From the NCBI GenBank assembly GCA_044440125.1, contig JBITAJ010000012.1, positions 32,001 to 96,000 on the forward strand: DNA of 64,000 nucleotides. The letters are read 5' to 3'. Positions 8,681 through 18,190 of this stretch are shown here, piece after piece (the first letter of the stretch is position 1; each line of letters starts with the position of its first letter). The DNA comes from Sedimentisphaeraceae bacterium JB056 (GTDB lineage: Bacteria > Planctomycetota > Phycisphaerae > Sedimentisphaerales > Sedimentisphaeraceae). A model generated the notes under the pieces. That model did not search any database, was not told the DNA's origin, and worked only from the letters and a program-made list of their open reading frames with translations. The position numbers and the translations under genes are program-made.

Positions 8681-11600
8681 ATGACATTTAGCAAACAGTT
8701 ATTGAGAAATTTACTTATTGGATTATTGTTGTCGGTTTCAATAGCGACAGCAGAGACAAAGACGGTAACCATACCAGTTGCCGCGGATTGCGATATCAGG
8801 GAGGTTGTGCCTGATACAGCATACGGTATCAGAACTGATATGGTAGCAGCAACCAGCACAAGCTCCATGAAAATCTATATGCGGTTTAATCTGCCTGCAG
8901 ATTTTGCGGTTGCTTCTTCTGCCACAGTAAAAATGGTAAGAACGAGGGTTGCTTCAGCAACAACAAATCTCTACTATAATCTTTATGGACTCAATGACGG
9001 CGTGGCAGGTCAGGACTGGTTGGAAACTACCGGTTATGTTGATAATCCGGCAACTGTTCAGGATGGCCTTACATGGAACAATGCTCCGGCCAACAGTACT
9101 GGAAACACTTTTACTACTGACGCTCTTGCACTTGTCAATCTGGTTATGCTCCCGGCCGGTGATAATGGTGGGGCAGTTGGCAGCGAGCATGATTTTACAA
9201 GTCAGGGACTTGTTGATTTCCTCAATAGCGACACAGACGGCGTTGTTAATCTGATGATGAGCCGTCACAATACTACAAGTGCATGGGAAAGTTTTGCAGG
9301 AAAAGAAAATACAACATACAGCGGTCCTGTACTTGAGCTTACATATGATACTATAAATTCTAAAACTGTTGAAATAGTGGCAGTGGCTGATACTGATATA
9401 AGGCAGGATTCTCCTACATATGCAAAAGGCGACCGTACAGTTGCTGTAGTTCAGAATTCTTCAGGCAAGAACAAGAAGATGTATATAAAGTTCCAGCTTC
9501 CTGTCGATTTCGGTACTGCACTGGCTGTTGATTTCAAAATCGTACCTGAGATTAATTATAATACTTTGTGGAACTGGGAATATAATCTCTTTGGCCTTGA
9601 AGATGGTGCCGAAGGAAACGACTGGCCGGAAAGTTCTCCGGGAGAAATTCCAGGACAGTCATACATGTCAGGTGTTACTTGGGAAAACGCACCTGGTAAT
9701 GACCCTGCTACCGGAGCGATGACATCCGATGTTACAGAAAAACTTAATTCATTCAATATCTATTCAGAGGTAGGTGTTGATGTTACGGCTGTTTCAAGTC
9801 AGGCAATGGTTGACTTTATAAACACAGATTCTGATGGTTTTGTAACTTTAATCATGACAAGAACAAATCCAAGCACCGCATTGGATCAGCTTGCTACAAA
9901 AGAGAATACTACATATGCCGGTCCAAGACTTGTAATAACATACGAACCTATCGAAACGACAACAGTCACACTTTCTGCTGTTGCTGATACTGATATTCGT
10001 ATGGCTGCTCCTGATTATGCTCATTCAACCCGAACAGGTATGTGGGTTTCAAGTCAGTCAACCAATGGTATGAAGGGATATGCAAGATTTACATTGCCGA
10101 CTGATATCGGAAGTGTAGTTTCAAGTACTATAACATACAATAGAACAGTAGCGGCCGGTGCCTGGAATTCAACTTACGATATTTATGTATTGAATGATAA
10201 TGCCGTAGGAAATGACTGGCCTTCAGCAAACAGTGCAAGAAATCCTGGAGACCCTTACACAATGGGGCTTACATGGAACAATGCACCGGGTAACGATACG
10301 ACCAGCTCAATTTTGTTCGATACTGCGACTACTTCGATGCTCGGTGATTTTACTGTAGTGGGTACAAGTTATGGCGGAACCGTTGGTGATTCTTATTCGT
10401 TGTCGAATACTGCTTTGAATGATGCGATATCGGCAGACACAGATGGCGCCATTACTCTTATGATCAGTCGCCACTTTGGAGAGTCATCATCAATGGATGT
10501 TTTTGGTGTGGTTGAAACAGGTGCACCTGCGACATTGAGTATTACATATATCAATCAATGTGGTGAAAGGCTTCTTTCGGACGTTAATTATGACTGCACT
10601 GTTGACTATCAGGACTATGCCCAGATGGGTAACGACTGGTTGATAGATGATCCTAATTTCTTTACTGAAGCTAACAACGATGTATATCCTGATGGAGTTA
10701 TCGGTATTGCTGATCTTGACATGATGGCTCAGAGCTGGCTTGGATGTTCGCTTCCAGGCGACCCTGATTGTGATCAGTACTGGAAAGCAGAATATCTTGC
10801 TCCTGTAAAATATAATCAGTGGCGTAAAAGTTTTGATACATTCCCGATAGCAGCATGGGCTTATTTCACAAGATATGGCGGTTTGGCTTCTGAGTATCAA
10901 AGCTATTATGATGCCGGTCTTACTATGGTACAGACTGTTCCCGATCAGTATCAGACAGCGGTTGATGCCGGACTGTATCCGATAATGGGTACCTGGGATG
11001 CTCTCTACAGTAATTCAGCAAAGCTTGATACATTCATGGGCTATCCTACAGCTGTTGAAGAAAATCTCAGAGGCTTGTTCTTCAAAGATGATATAAGAGA
11101 TTTCCAAATACCTGAGATGGTAGATGCAACACAAAAAGTACTGCTCGAAGATGTTAGAGGCGCGATACCAATGGTGAATCTGCTACCTTCATTCGGTACT
11201 ATTGATGGCGAAAATTCCAACACATACCAAGAATATCTTGATTATGTAGATGAATACATCGATACTGTTCATCCTGCGATTCTAAGCTGTGCATATTATT
11301 GTCTTCTCAGCGATGAAAATGAAAGAGCGGGAACATATGACAGTCTTGAACTCAGACGTTCAAAAGCACTTGCTAACGGTATAGGCTTCATGGCATTCGC
11401 TATTGTAAACGAGCATCTTGGCTACCGCAGCCCAAGTGAATCCGATCTTAACTGGAAAGTATGGGCATCTCTGACATACGGTGCAAAGGCTATCTGGTAT
11501 TACAACTGGCGTATAGAACCCGACAGCAGTTTCGGTGAAGGTATGATAACTCATCTTGACGGAACACCTACGGATGTTTATTACCTTGCACAGTCTATAA

Positions 11601-12010
11601 ATACAGAAGTACAGGCGATGGGTCCGGTTCTTATGAGTCTTGAGTCAACGGGCGTTTATCATGCCGATGTTGCAGACCCGAACAATACCTCGATTACACT
11701 CTACAGCGACGGCGATGTTGCCGCTATAGCAACATTTACCGGAAGCCAGTTTGTAATAGGTGAATTTGAGAATGTAGATGATGCAGCAGATACTTCTGAC
11801 TACGTTATGATAACCAGCAAGAGACATGCGGCAGATAAACTTTCTAACGAACTGACATCATCAGCTTCGTTTACAGCATCTGCGGGTGTGACTTCTGTGA
11901 ATTATTTTGACACATCCTCAGAAACATGGCAAAGCCTTACTGGAAGCGGCGGTGTTTATAACCTAAGCATTGATGGTGGTAAGAGCGTATTGCTGAAATT
12001 TAATTATTAA
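8681..12010 (+). CDS. Large secreted modular protein: 3 DNRLRE-like repeats, dockerin-like pair, GH-like barrel
   Basis: Signal peptide; three repeats starting 'ADCDIR', 'ADTDIR', 'ADTDIR', each with 'TW.NAP'; 'DVNYDCTVDYQDY...WL' and 'DGVIGIADLDMMAQSWL'; C-terminal half paralogous to 15553..17523. Confidence 0.8.
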   Translation: MTFSKQLLRNLLIGLLLSVSIATAETKTVTIPVAADCDIREVVPDTAYGIRTDMVAATSTSSMKIYMRFNLPADFAVASSATVKMVRTRVASATTNLYYNLYGLNDGVAGQDWLETTGYVDNPATVQDGLTWNNAPANSTGNTFTTDALALVNLVMLPAGDNGGAVGSEHDFTSQGLVDFLNSDTDGVVNLMMSRHNTTSAWESFAGKENTTYSGPVLELTYDTINSKTVEIVAVADTDIRQDSPTYAKGDRTVAVVQNSSGKNKKMYIKFQLPVDFGTALAVDFKIVPEINYNTLWNWEYNLFGLEDGAEGNDWPESSPGEIPGQSYMSGVTWENAPGNDPATGAMTSDVTEKLNSFNIYSEVGVDVTAVSSQAMVDFINTDSDGFVTLIMTRTNPSTALDQLATKENTTYAGPRLVITYEPIETTTVTLSAVADTDIRMAAPDYAHSTRTGMWVSSQSTNGMKGYARFTLPTDIGSVVSSTITYNRTVAAGAWNSTYDIYVLNDNAVGNDWPSANSARNPGDPYTMGLTWNNAPGNDTTSSILFDTATTSMLGDFTVVGTSYGGTVGDSYSLSNTALNDAISADTDGAITLMISRHFGESSSMDVFGVVETGAPATLSITYINQCGERLLSDVNYDCTVDYQDYAQMGNDWLIDDPNFFTEANNDVYPDGVIGIADLDMMAQSWLGCSLPGDPDCDQYWKAEYLAPVKYNQWRKSFDTFPIAAWAYFTRYGGLASEYQSYYDAGLTMVQTVPDQYQTAVDAGLYPIMGTWDALYSNSAKLDTFMGYPTAVEENLRGLFFKDDIRDFQIPEMVDATQKVLLEDVRGAIPMVNLLPSFGTIDGENSNTYQEYLDYVDEYIDTVHPAILSCAYYCLLSDENERAGTYDSLELRRSKALANGIGFMAFAIVNEHLGYRSPSESDLNWKVWASLTYGAKAIWYYNWRIEPDSSFGEGMITHLDGTPTDVYYLAQSINTEVQAMGPVLMSLESTGVYHADVADPNNTSITLYSDGDVAAIATFTGSQFVIGEFENVDDAADTSDYVMITSKRHAADKLSNELTSSASFTASAGVTSVNYFDTSSETWQSLTGSGGVYNLSIDGGKSVLLKFNY

Positions 12011-12021
12011 CAATCAATCAG

Positions 12022-12059
12022 ACAGGTCGTCAGGAACGGCTGGCGGCCTGTTGCTTTTT
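12022..12059 (+). terminator. Intra-operon hairpin/terminator
   Basis: ACAGGTCGTCAG-N6-CTGGCGGCCTGT (with G-U pairs) followed by TGCTTTTT. Confidence 0.55.
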
Positions 12060-12092
12060 ATAAAATCAGTTATTATTCAAGGTTTACTTCAA

Positions 12093-13502
12093 ATGGGATA
12101 CATACATTTTTTCGATGACTGGCAGCTTATTTCATACAGCAATCTTGTACGCAAACAAGGCAGCCCGCGCTATCGTCCTGAAGCTACACTCGTTGACGGA
12201 TTAACAGAAGGTACATGGAATTTTCCACTTGTAACCTATCTTGCTGAACAGCAAAAGTATATAGGGCTTTACGGCGGTGCGGCAAGCCTGCCGATATTCA
12301 ACAGCATGCAGATACCCGAAGGTGTAGATAAAAATCTTAAACCAAGAACTCAGGTGCTTTGTTATGCTGAAAGCAAAGACGGTATCAACTGGGATAAACC
12401 GGATCTTACGAGCAGAGCAAATTTTGGCGGTGAGACATTTGTGAAAAATCAGGTTTTCGGACTTGAGCAAGGCTATGATGGGGGACCTGCCACTTACGAT
12501 CCGTATGATCCTGATCCACAAAGACGATTCAAGTATCTGATCAATTTCAAAGATAACGCCTACAATGCTCATGGCATACGTGCAATGGTAACATCGGGCA
12601 ATGGAATTGACTGGAAGATTGAAAAATATTTCAAGGATCAACATGGAACTGATACACCGACAAGCATATTCTACAATCCATTGAAAGAATGCTACAGCTT
12701 CAATATACGCTATTGGTCAGGCGACAGGCGTATATTCTTTATGAATACAAAAGACTTTGAAAACTTCGGCGATGCCGAGCTCATAATGCATCCTGACAGT
12801 ATGGATGAACCTCTTGTTGGTTTTTACGGGATGCCGGTGGCGTATTATGAGGGTCTTTTCGTTGGACTGCTTTGGAAAATTTATTGCGATCCTGCAACCC
12901 AGACCTTGGCTAATGGAAAAGTTAACTGTGAACTGGTTTACAGCTATGATGGCAGTCATTTCAACCGTGCATTCAGACAACCGTTTATAGATACAAACGA
13001 ACTTGGCGATCACGGCGGCGGCTGCGTTTATACTGGTTCGATGGTTGTTACACCGGAGAACACCATACGATTTTATTCCGGCGGCTCAAAGGCCGAACAT
13101 TTCCAGAATCAGGAACTCGAGGATGCCGCACTGATGATGCATGAGATGCGTCTTGACGGTTTTATGTATATGGCAACACCAAGCGGAAGAGGCCGTCTCA
13201 GAACAAGGCCGCTGCGTATACATGGTGACAGTCTTAAAATAAATGCAAGAAGTCCATGGGGGTATGTCAAGGTAAGAGTTCTTGATGAAAATGCTAAAGT
13301 GATTGAGGGGTATGATTTTGATGACTGTATTCCTCTTGTTGGCGATGAGCTTTTCTGGGAGCCCAAGTGGAAAAACGGCAAGACTATAGCCGGAGTTAAA
13401 AGTCATTTGAGGCGATCTCTCGAAATCGAAATCAACACTGGTGAAATATTTGGCATCAGGGGTGATTTTGAAAGGCTCAAATGTCTTTGGGATAAAGATT
13501 GA
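12093..13502 (+). CDS. Putative five-bladed beta-propeller glycoside hydrolase (GH32/GH43-like clan)
   Basis: Asp-box-like 'YAESKDGINWDKP', 'SGNGIDW', 'YSYDGSHF'; 'RLDGF' followed by a beta-sandwich; no signal peptide. Confidence 0.7.
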   Translation: MGYIHFFDDWQLISYSNLVRKQGSPRYRPEATLVDGLTEGTWNFPLVTYLAEQQKYIGLYGGAASLPIFNSMQIPEGVDKNLKPRTQVLCYAESKDGINWDKPDLTSRANFGGETFVKNQVFGLEQGYDGGPATYDPYDPDPQRRFKYLINFKDNAYNAHGIRAMVTSGNGIDWKIEKYFKDQHGTDTPTSIFYNPLKECYSFNIRYWSGDRRIFFMNTKDFENFGDAELIMHPDSMDEPLVGFYGMPVAYYEGLFVGLLWKIYCDPATQTLANGKVNCELVYSYDGSHFNRAFRQPFIDTNELGDHGGGCVYTGSMVVTPENTIRFYSGGSKAEHFQNQELEDAALMMHEMRLDGFMYMATPSGRGRLRTRPLRIHGDSLKINARSPWGYVKVRVLDENAKVIEGYDFDDCIPLVGDELFWEPKWKNGKTIAGVKSHLRRSLEIEINTGEIFGIRGDFERLKCLWDKD

Positions 13503-13562
13503 TTTCCCGGTCAGTACTTCGTATATTAAAGTTGTGAGTTATAATTTATTTTAAGGATTGTG

Positions 13563-15524
13563 ATGAACCTTCACTTTTGGGATTGGTTTATAGTCGGTGT
13601 TGTAACATGCTTTTTCATTTTTATGGCATGGTACACACGGAGATTTACAAAAAGCGTGGCTGATTTTATGGCGGCTAACAGGTGTGCCGGACGGTATCTT
13701 CTGGCTGTAGCTTATGGAATTTCTTCTCTTGGTGCAATAACGGTTATCGCCGAGTTCCAGAAATTCTACAAAGCCGGATTCACTGCCGTATGGTGGTCAT
13801 TCATAATGTTCGCCGTAACTATTCTTATAGCGGCGTCGGGATGGGTTGTCTACAGATACAGGGAAACGAGAGTCTTTACTCTTGCCCAGTTCTTTGAGAC
13901 CCGTTACAGTCGAAACTTCAGGATTTTTTGCGGTATCCTTGGCTTCAGTGCCGGTATTGTCAATTTTGGTATATTTCCTGCTGTGGGGTCGAGATTTTTC
14001 CTTTACTTCTGTGGTTTACCCCATACTTTCAGTGTTTTCGGTTTTGAAATCTCAACATTTCTTACGATCATGACTGTGCTGCTGGTAGTATCGCTGTATT
14101 TTACATTTTCAGGCGGCCAGATCGCTGTTATCACTACCGATTTTCTGCAGGGCATATTCTGCAATATCGTGTTCATACTGATACTTGTGTTTATGTTCAT
14201 AAAGTTCGATTGGCCGACGGTTGTGGAGGGCTTGCGAATGGCCCCGGCCGATCAATCGAGAATAAACCCGTTTGAGACCGGCGGCATATCAGATTTTAAT
14301 TTGTGGTTCTTTCTTATACTTGCGTTCACGATGTTTTACGGCATCATCAGTTGGCAGGGTCAGCAGGGATATTTTACATCATCAAAAAGTCCGCATGAGC
14401 AGAAGATGGCTATGGTACTTGCCAATTGGCGGTTCGTTGCTCTTACGCTTCTCTTGCTTCTTATTTCTCTTTCGGCATTCGTGGTAATGAATCATCCGAA
14501 ATTTTCCGGTACAGCCGAAAGTGTCAACCAAATGCTTTCAGCGACGGATAATGATCAAACCCGTGAACAGATAAGAATACCGCTTGTGCTGGTGAATGTG
14601 CTGCCGAAAGGTTTAATAGGTGCTTTCTGCGCGGTGATGCTTGCAGCCTTTATCAGTACCCATGATACGTATCTTCATACATGGGGCAGTATTTTTATTC
14701 AGGATGTGGTCATGCCGTTCCGTAAAAAGCCTTTTGATACGAAGACTCATATGAAACTGTTAAGGGCTTCAATAATAGGCGTGGCGGCATTCGTATTCTG
14801 TTGGAGTTGGAAGTTTCAGCAGAGTCAGGACATACTCATGTATTTCCAGATAACAGGTGCGATTTTTACCGGCGGGGTGGGCTCGGCTATTATAGGCGGG
14901 CTTTACTGGAAACGTGGAACCACCGCTGCGGCATGGTCGGCCATGATAACCGGTGGAACACTTGCAACTGCAGGTGTAATTCTTATACAGATACATTCTC
15001 AAAATCCTTTTACCAATAAACTGCTTTTATTCATTTCTTCTCAAACAGGTGCGGTGCTTGGTTTCTGGTCTTCTTTGGTTGCGATAATAGTTTATGTCGT
15101 GGTCTCGCTTCTTACCTGTAAAGAACCATACAATATAGAAAAGCTTTTACATCGCGGTAAGTATGCTGTTGCAGGTGAGAAAAAGAAACTTAACAATGTG
15201 AAGGGAATCCGTGCGCTCATAGGCGGAGAAGAGTTTACTCTTCGTGACAAGCTGACCAGTCTTTCAGTAATCATATGGGGTATAGGATGGTTTCTTGTAT
15301 TTCTTGTTGGAACTATATGGAATTATTTCTACCCTATATCAAACTCAAACTGGGAAAAATTCTGGAGTGTGTATGTATGGATCAGTCTTGTGGTTGGAAC
15401 AATAATCACTATTTGGTTTACCATCGGCGGATTCAAAGATTTGAGATTTATGTTCCGTACGCTTGCCTCTGTTAAGAGAGACGAGAGTGATGACGGCATG
15501 GTAAGCGAAGAAGATAAAGGTTGA
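13563..15524 (+). CDS. Sodium:solute symporter (SSS family)
   Basis: Polytopic membrane protein; 'DFMAANRCAG', 'TLAQFFETRYS', 'GGQIAVITTDFLQG', 'LAAFIST', 'GLYWKRGT'. Confidence 0.92.
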   Translation: MNLHFWDWFIVGVVTCFFIFMAWYTRRFTKSVADFMAANRCAGRYLLAVAYGISSLGAITVIAEFQKFYKAGFTAVWWSFIMFAVTILIAASGWVVYRYRETRVFTLAQFFETRYSRNFRIFCGILGFSAGIVNFGIFPAVGSRFFLYFCGLPHTFSVFGFEISTFLTIMTVLLVVSLYFTFSGGQIAVITTDFLQGIFCNIVFILILVFMFIKFDWPTVVEGLRMAPADQSRINPFETGGISDFNLWFFLILAFTMFYGIISWQGQQGYFTSSKSPHEQKMAMVLANWRFVALTLLLLLISLSAFVVMNHPKFSGTAESVNQMLSATDNDQTREQIRIPLVLVNVLPKGLIGAFCAVMLAAFISTHDTYLHTWGSIFIQDVVMPFRKKPFDTKTHMKLLRASIIGVAAFVFCWSWKFQQSQDILMYFQITGAIFTGGVGSAIIGGLYWKRGTTAAAWSAMITGGTLATAGVILIQIHSQNPFTNKLLLFISSQTGAVLGFWSSLVAIIVYVVVSLLTCKEPYNIEKLLHRGKYAVAGEKKKLNNVKGIRALIGGEEFTLRDKLTSLSVIIWGIGWFLVFLVGTIWNYFYPISNSNWEKFWSVYVWISLVVGTIITIWFTIGGFKDLRFMFRTLASVKRDESDDGMVSEEDKG

Positions 15525-15552
15525 AGTGTTAAAGATTAAAATGAAGGCGTTT

Positions 15553-17523
15553 ATGATGAAAAGAATTTTAAGTTGTTTGTTTATAATTTCGATTACGGGA
15601 GTTTTAAGTTTTGGTGCAGATGATACTGCAACGAAAAAGTGGCATCAGTGGCGAAAGGCTCGTGATAAATTTCCGATAGCGGCCTGGGCATATTTTGACA
15701 GGTTTGACGGCAGTTATGAGGAATATAAGACTTATGCTGATGCGAATTTGACAATGGTTTCAATTCCTGAGGATATGAGGCATTACGAGAATGCCACCAA
15801 GGCCGGACTTGATGTTATAATCGGAGGCTGGATGTATCTGCATGAAAAGCCCGAAGTGGTAGAAAGACTTTTGAGTTTCCCGTCCACGACGGCAGAGAAT
15901 GTAGCCGGTTATCAACTCAAAGATGAACCCGAGCCTACTATTTTCGAAGGTCTGGCACGTGCGCATCAGATGATTTATGAAAAAGATCAGCGTAATGTTC
16001 TTATTATAACGGATATGCTTCCCGGGTGGGCATGGATGAAAAATACTCGCCGTGCCGAACGGTTTGAAATGAACTATGATGAGATGATAGCTCATTGGAT
16101 AGAAACAGCAAAACCTCCTGTAATAATAAACTGTCATTATGCACCTATGCTTGACGGCAGCGATCGTGATGACATGTATGCCGACAAAGAACTTATGCGT
16201 AAACACGCACTGCTGAATAATATTGGTAATATGTCGTTTATTTCTGCTGCAGCCTATCGTGACTGGTACAGGGTTCCAAGCGAATCAGATTTTTACTGGC
16301 AGGTTTATACATGTCTTGCATATGGTTCAAAGGGGATATGGTATTGGAACTGGAGAATCAAACCGGTTAAGGATGTGTTCTTTGAGGGATTGGTTACATA
16401 TAAGGATGATAAGCCTACCGAGTCGTACGAGTATGTTAAAAATGTAAATGCCGAAGTGTTGGCGTTGGGCGACCTGCTGCTGAAGCTGCGGTCGAGAAAT
16501 GTCTGGCATACCGGCGAGGTGGTACCTCAGGGAACTACGAGGTTTGTGCCTATGCCTGACAGCGGATCATCTGTGATATATGATTTTGTCGGTGATGATT
16601 TTATAGTAAGTGAGTTTGATAATCAGGATGACAGTGCGGATAAGAGTACATATGTTATGTTGGTTAATAAAAGACATGGTGCTGGTAAGCTCAGCAGCGA
16701 TCCATCATTGAAAGCGGAGGCGATATTTAAGCCGGCTGATTATTACGGGTTTGTCTACCATTATCCGCAGAGTGATAAGGCGGTTCTGCTTGAACCGTTT
16801 GAGTATAACGGAGAAAAAGGCTATTATAAAATTTCGCTTGAGGGCGGTAAAGGTGCAATGCTTCGCTTTTCAAGGAAGCCTGTAGATATTTTCATCGCTG
16901 ATAGGCCTCAGCAAAGATTGGAGTTTGCCAGAAGAGTGCCGACTGTTGATGGAGAACTTAACGATGGAATCTGGCAGAAATCCGAGTCGTTGGAATTGAA
17001 AAAGCCTGCCGATAGTGAAGGAACTATTAAAGAATCAGGCTTGGTCAAAGCTGCGTGGCGTGATAACCAGCTTTGGATATGTGCGGATTTTCAAGATAGC
17101 GATATTATTGCTCTCGGTGATGAAAACGGACAGGATCATTACAGGCTCGGCGATTGTCTTGAAATATTCCTTAAACCGGAATATTCAGATTGGTACTGGG
17201 AGATATGGGTAAATCCGAAGGGGAATTATACTACACTCTTCTGGAACAAGAAAGGTGATAAGGCAGCCAAGACTTTTGAGTTTGACGTTGTGTGTAAAAA
17301 AACTGATACCGGATGGTATGTTGAGGCCGAGTTGCCTTTCGATGGATTACTTCAAAATGGCGAACTTCTTAAGCAGGGACAATGGACGATTCTTGCTGCG
17401 AGACAAAATCATACTGGTAAAGTTGATATAAAAACACGGGAGTTATCTTCGTGGCCCGGTTTGACAAAGAGTAATTTTCATTTACTTAATGAGTTTGCTA
17501 AATTGAACTTTGCTCTTTATTGA
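15553..17523 (+). CDS. Secreted GH-A-like barrel protein with C-terminal CBM9/DOMON-like domain
   Basis: Signal peptide; 'GYQLKDEP'; 'YTCLAYGSKGIWYW'; C-terminal 'VDGELNDGIW...GDCLEIF...WYVEAELPF'. Confidence 0.7.
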   Translation: MMKRILSCLFIISITGVLSFGADDTATKKWHQWRKARDKFPIAAWAYFDRFDGSYEEYKTYADANLTMVSIPEDMRHYENATKAGLDVIIGGWMYLHEKPEVVERLLSFPSTTAENVAGYQLKDEPEPTIFEGLARAHQMIYEKDQRNVLIITDMLPGWAWMKNTRRAERFEMNYDEMIAHWIETAKPPVIINCHYAPMLDGSDRDDMYADKELMRKHALLNNIGNMSFISAAAYRDWYRVPSESDFYWQVYTCLAYGSKGIWYWNWRIKPVKDVFFEGLVTYKDDKPTESYEYVKNVNAEVLALGDLLLKLRSRNVWHTGEVVPQGTTRFVPMPDSGSSVIYDFVGDDFIVSEFDNQDDSADKSTYVMLVNKRHGAGKLSSDPSLKAEAIFKPADYYGFVYHYPQSDKAVLLEPFEYNGEKGYYKISLEGGKGAMLRFSRKPVDIFIADRPQQRLEFARRVPTVDGELNDGIWQKSESLELKKPADSEGTIKESGLVKAAWRDNQLWICADFQDSDIIALGDENGQDHYRLGDCLEIFLKPEYSDWYWEIWVNPKGNYTTLFWNKKGDKAAKTFEFDVVCKKTDTGWYVEAELPFDGLLQNGELLKQGQWTILAARQNHTGKVDIKTRELSSWPGLTKSNFHLLNEFAKLNFALY

Positions 17524-17531
17524 GGTGTTCA

Positions 17532-18164
17532 ATGATCAAAATCAAAGATAACGCAACGATTGTATTTGCCGGTGACAGTATAACTCATGGTTTTTCATCT
17601 ATTGAGGAATATAAACCTTACGGCAAGGGATTTGTTGATTTCGTTGCAAATATACTGTTAGCGCAGAATTATAAAAGTAATCTTAAAATATACAATGCCG
17701 GTATCGGTGGAAATACAACAAGTGAGCTGCTTGAAAGATGGCAGAAAGATGTACTTGATCTGGAGCCGGACATTGTGGTATTGCTTATTGGAGTTAATGA
17801 TGTGCTTCGTAAGTATGAAGAAGACAGGTCTGATGAGAGCGTATCTGTTGATCAATGCCAGAGCAATATAAAATTCATGCTTGATACGCTGGTCAAGAAT
17901 AATGTTCAAGTAGTACTTATGCAGCCGTTTATGTTTGTCAAAGATAATTATGATCAACGATTTTCAGATATATTAAGATATGGTGATAGAATAAAAGAAC
18001 TTGCTGAAAATTATTCCGACATAACTTTTATCCCGATGCAGGAAATCATAACGAAAGAGTTTGAAGATATTGACATGGCTGATGTGAGCTATGATTCAAT
18101 TCATCCGCATCGTTGGGCCCACTGTTGGTTGGGATTGGAATTGTTGAAATATTTTACGAAATAG
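17532..18164 (+). CDS. SGNH/GDSL hydrolase (putative carbohydrate esterase)
   Basis: GDSIT, NAGIGG, IGVND and DSIHP blocks. Confidence 0.92.
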   Translation: MIKIKDNATIVFAGDSITHGFSSIEEYKPYGKGFVDFVANILLAQNYKSNLKIYNAGIGGNTTSELLERWQKDVLDLEPDIVVLLIGVNDVLRKYEEDRSDESVSVDQCQSNIKFMLDTLVKNNVQVVLMQPFMFVKDNYDQRFSDILRYGDRIKELAENYSDITFIPMQEIITKEFEDIDMADVSYDSIHPHRWAHCWLGLELLKYFTK

Positions 18165-18190
18165 AACTCAAAGACCAATTGGAGAGATTA

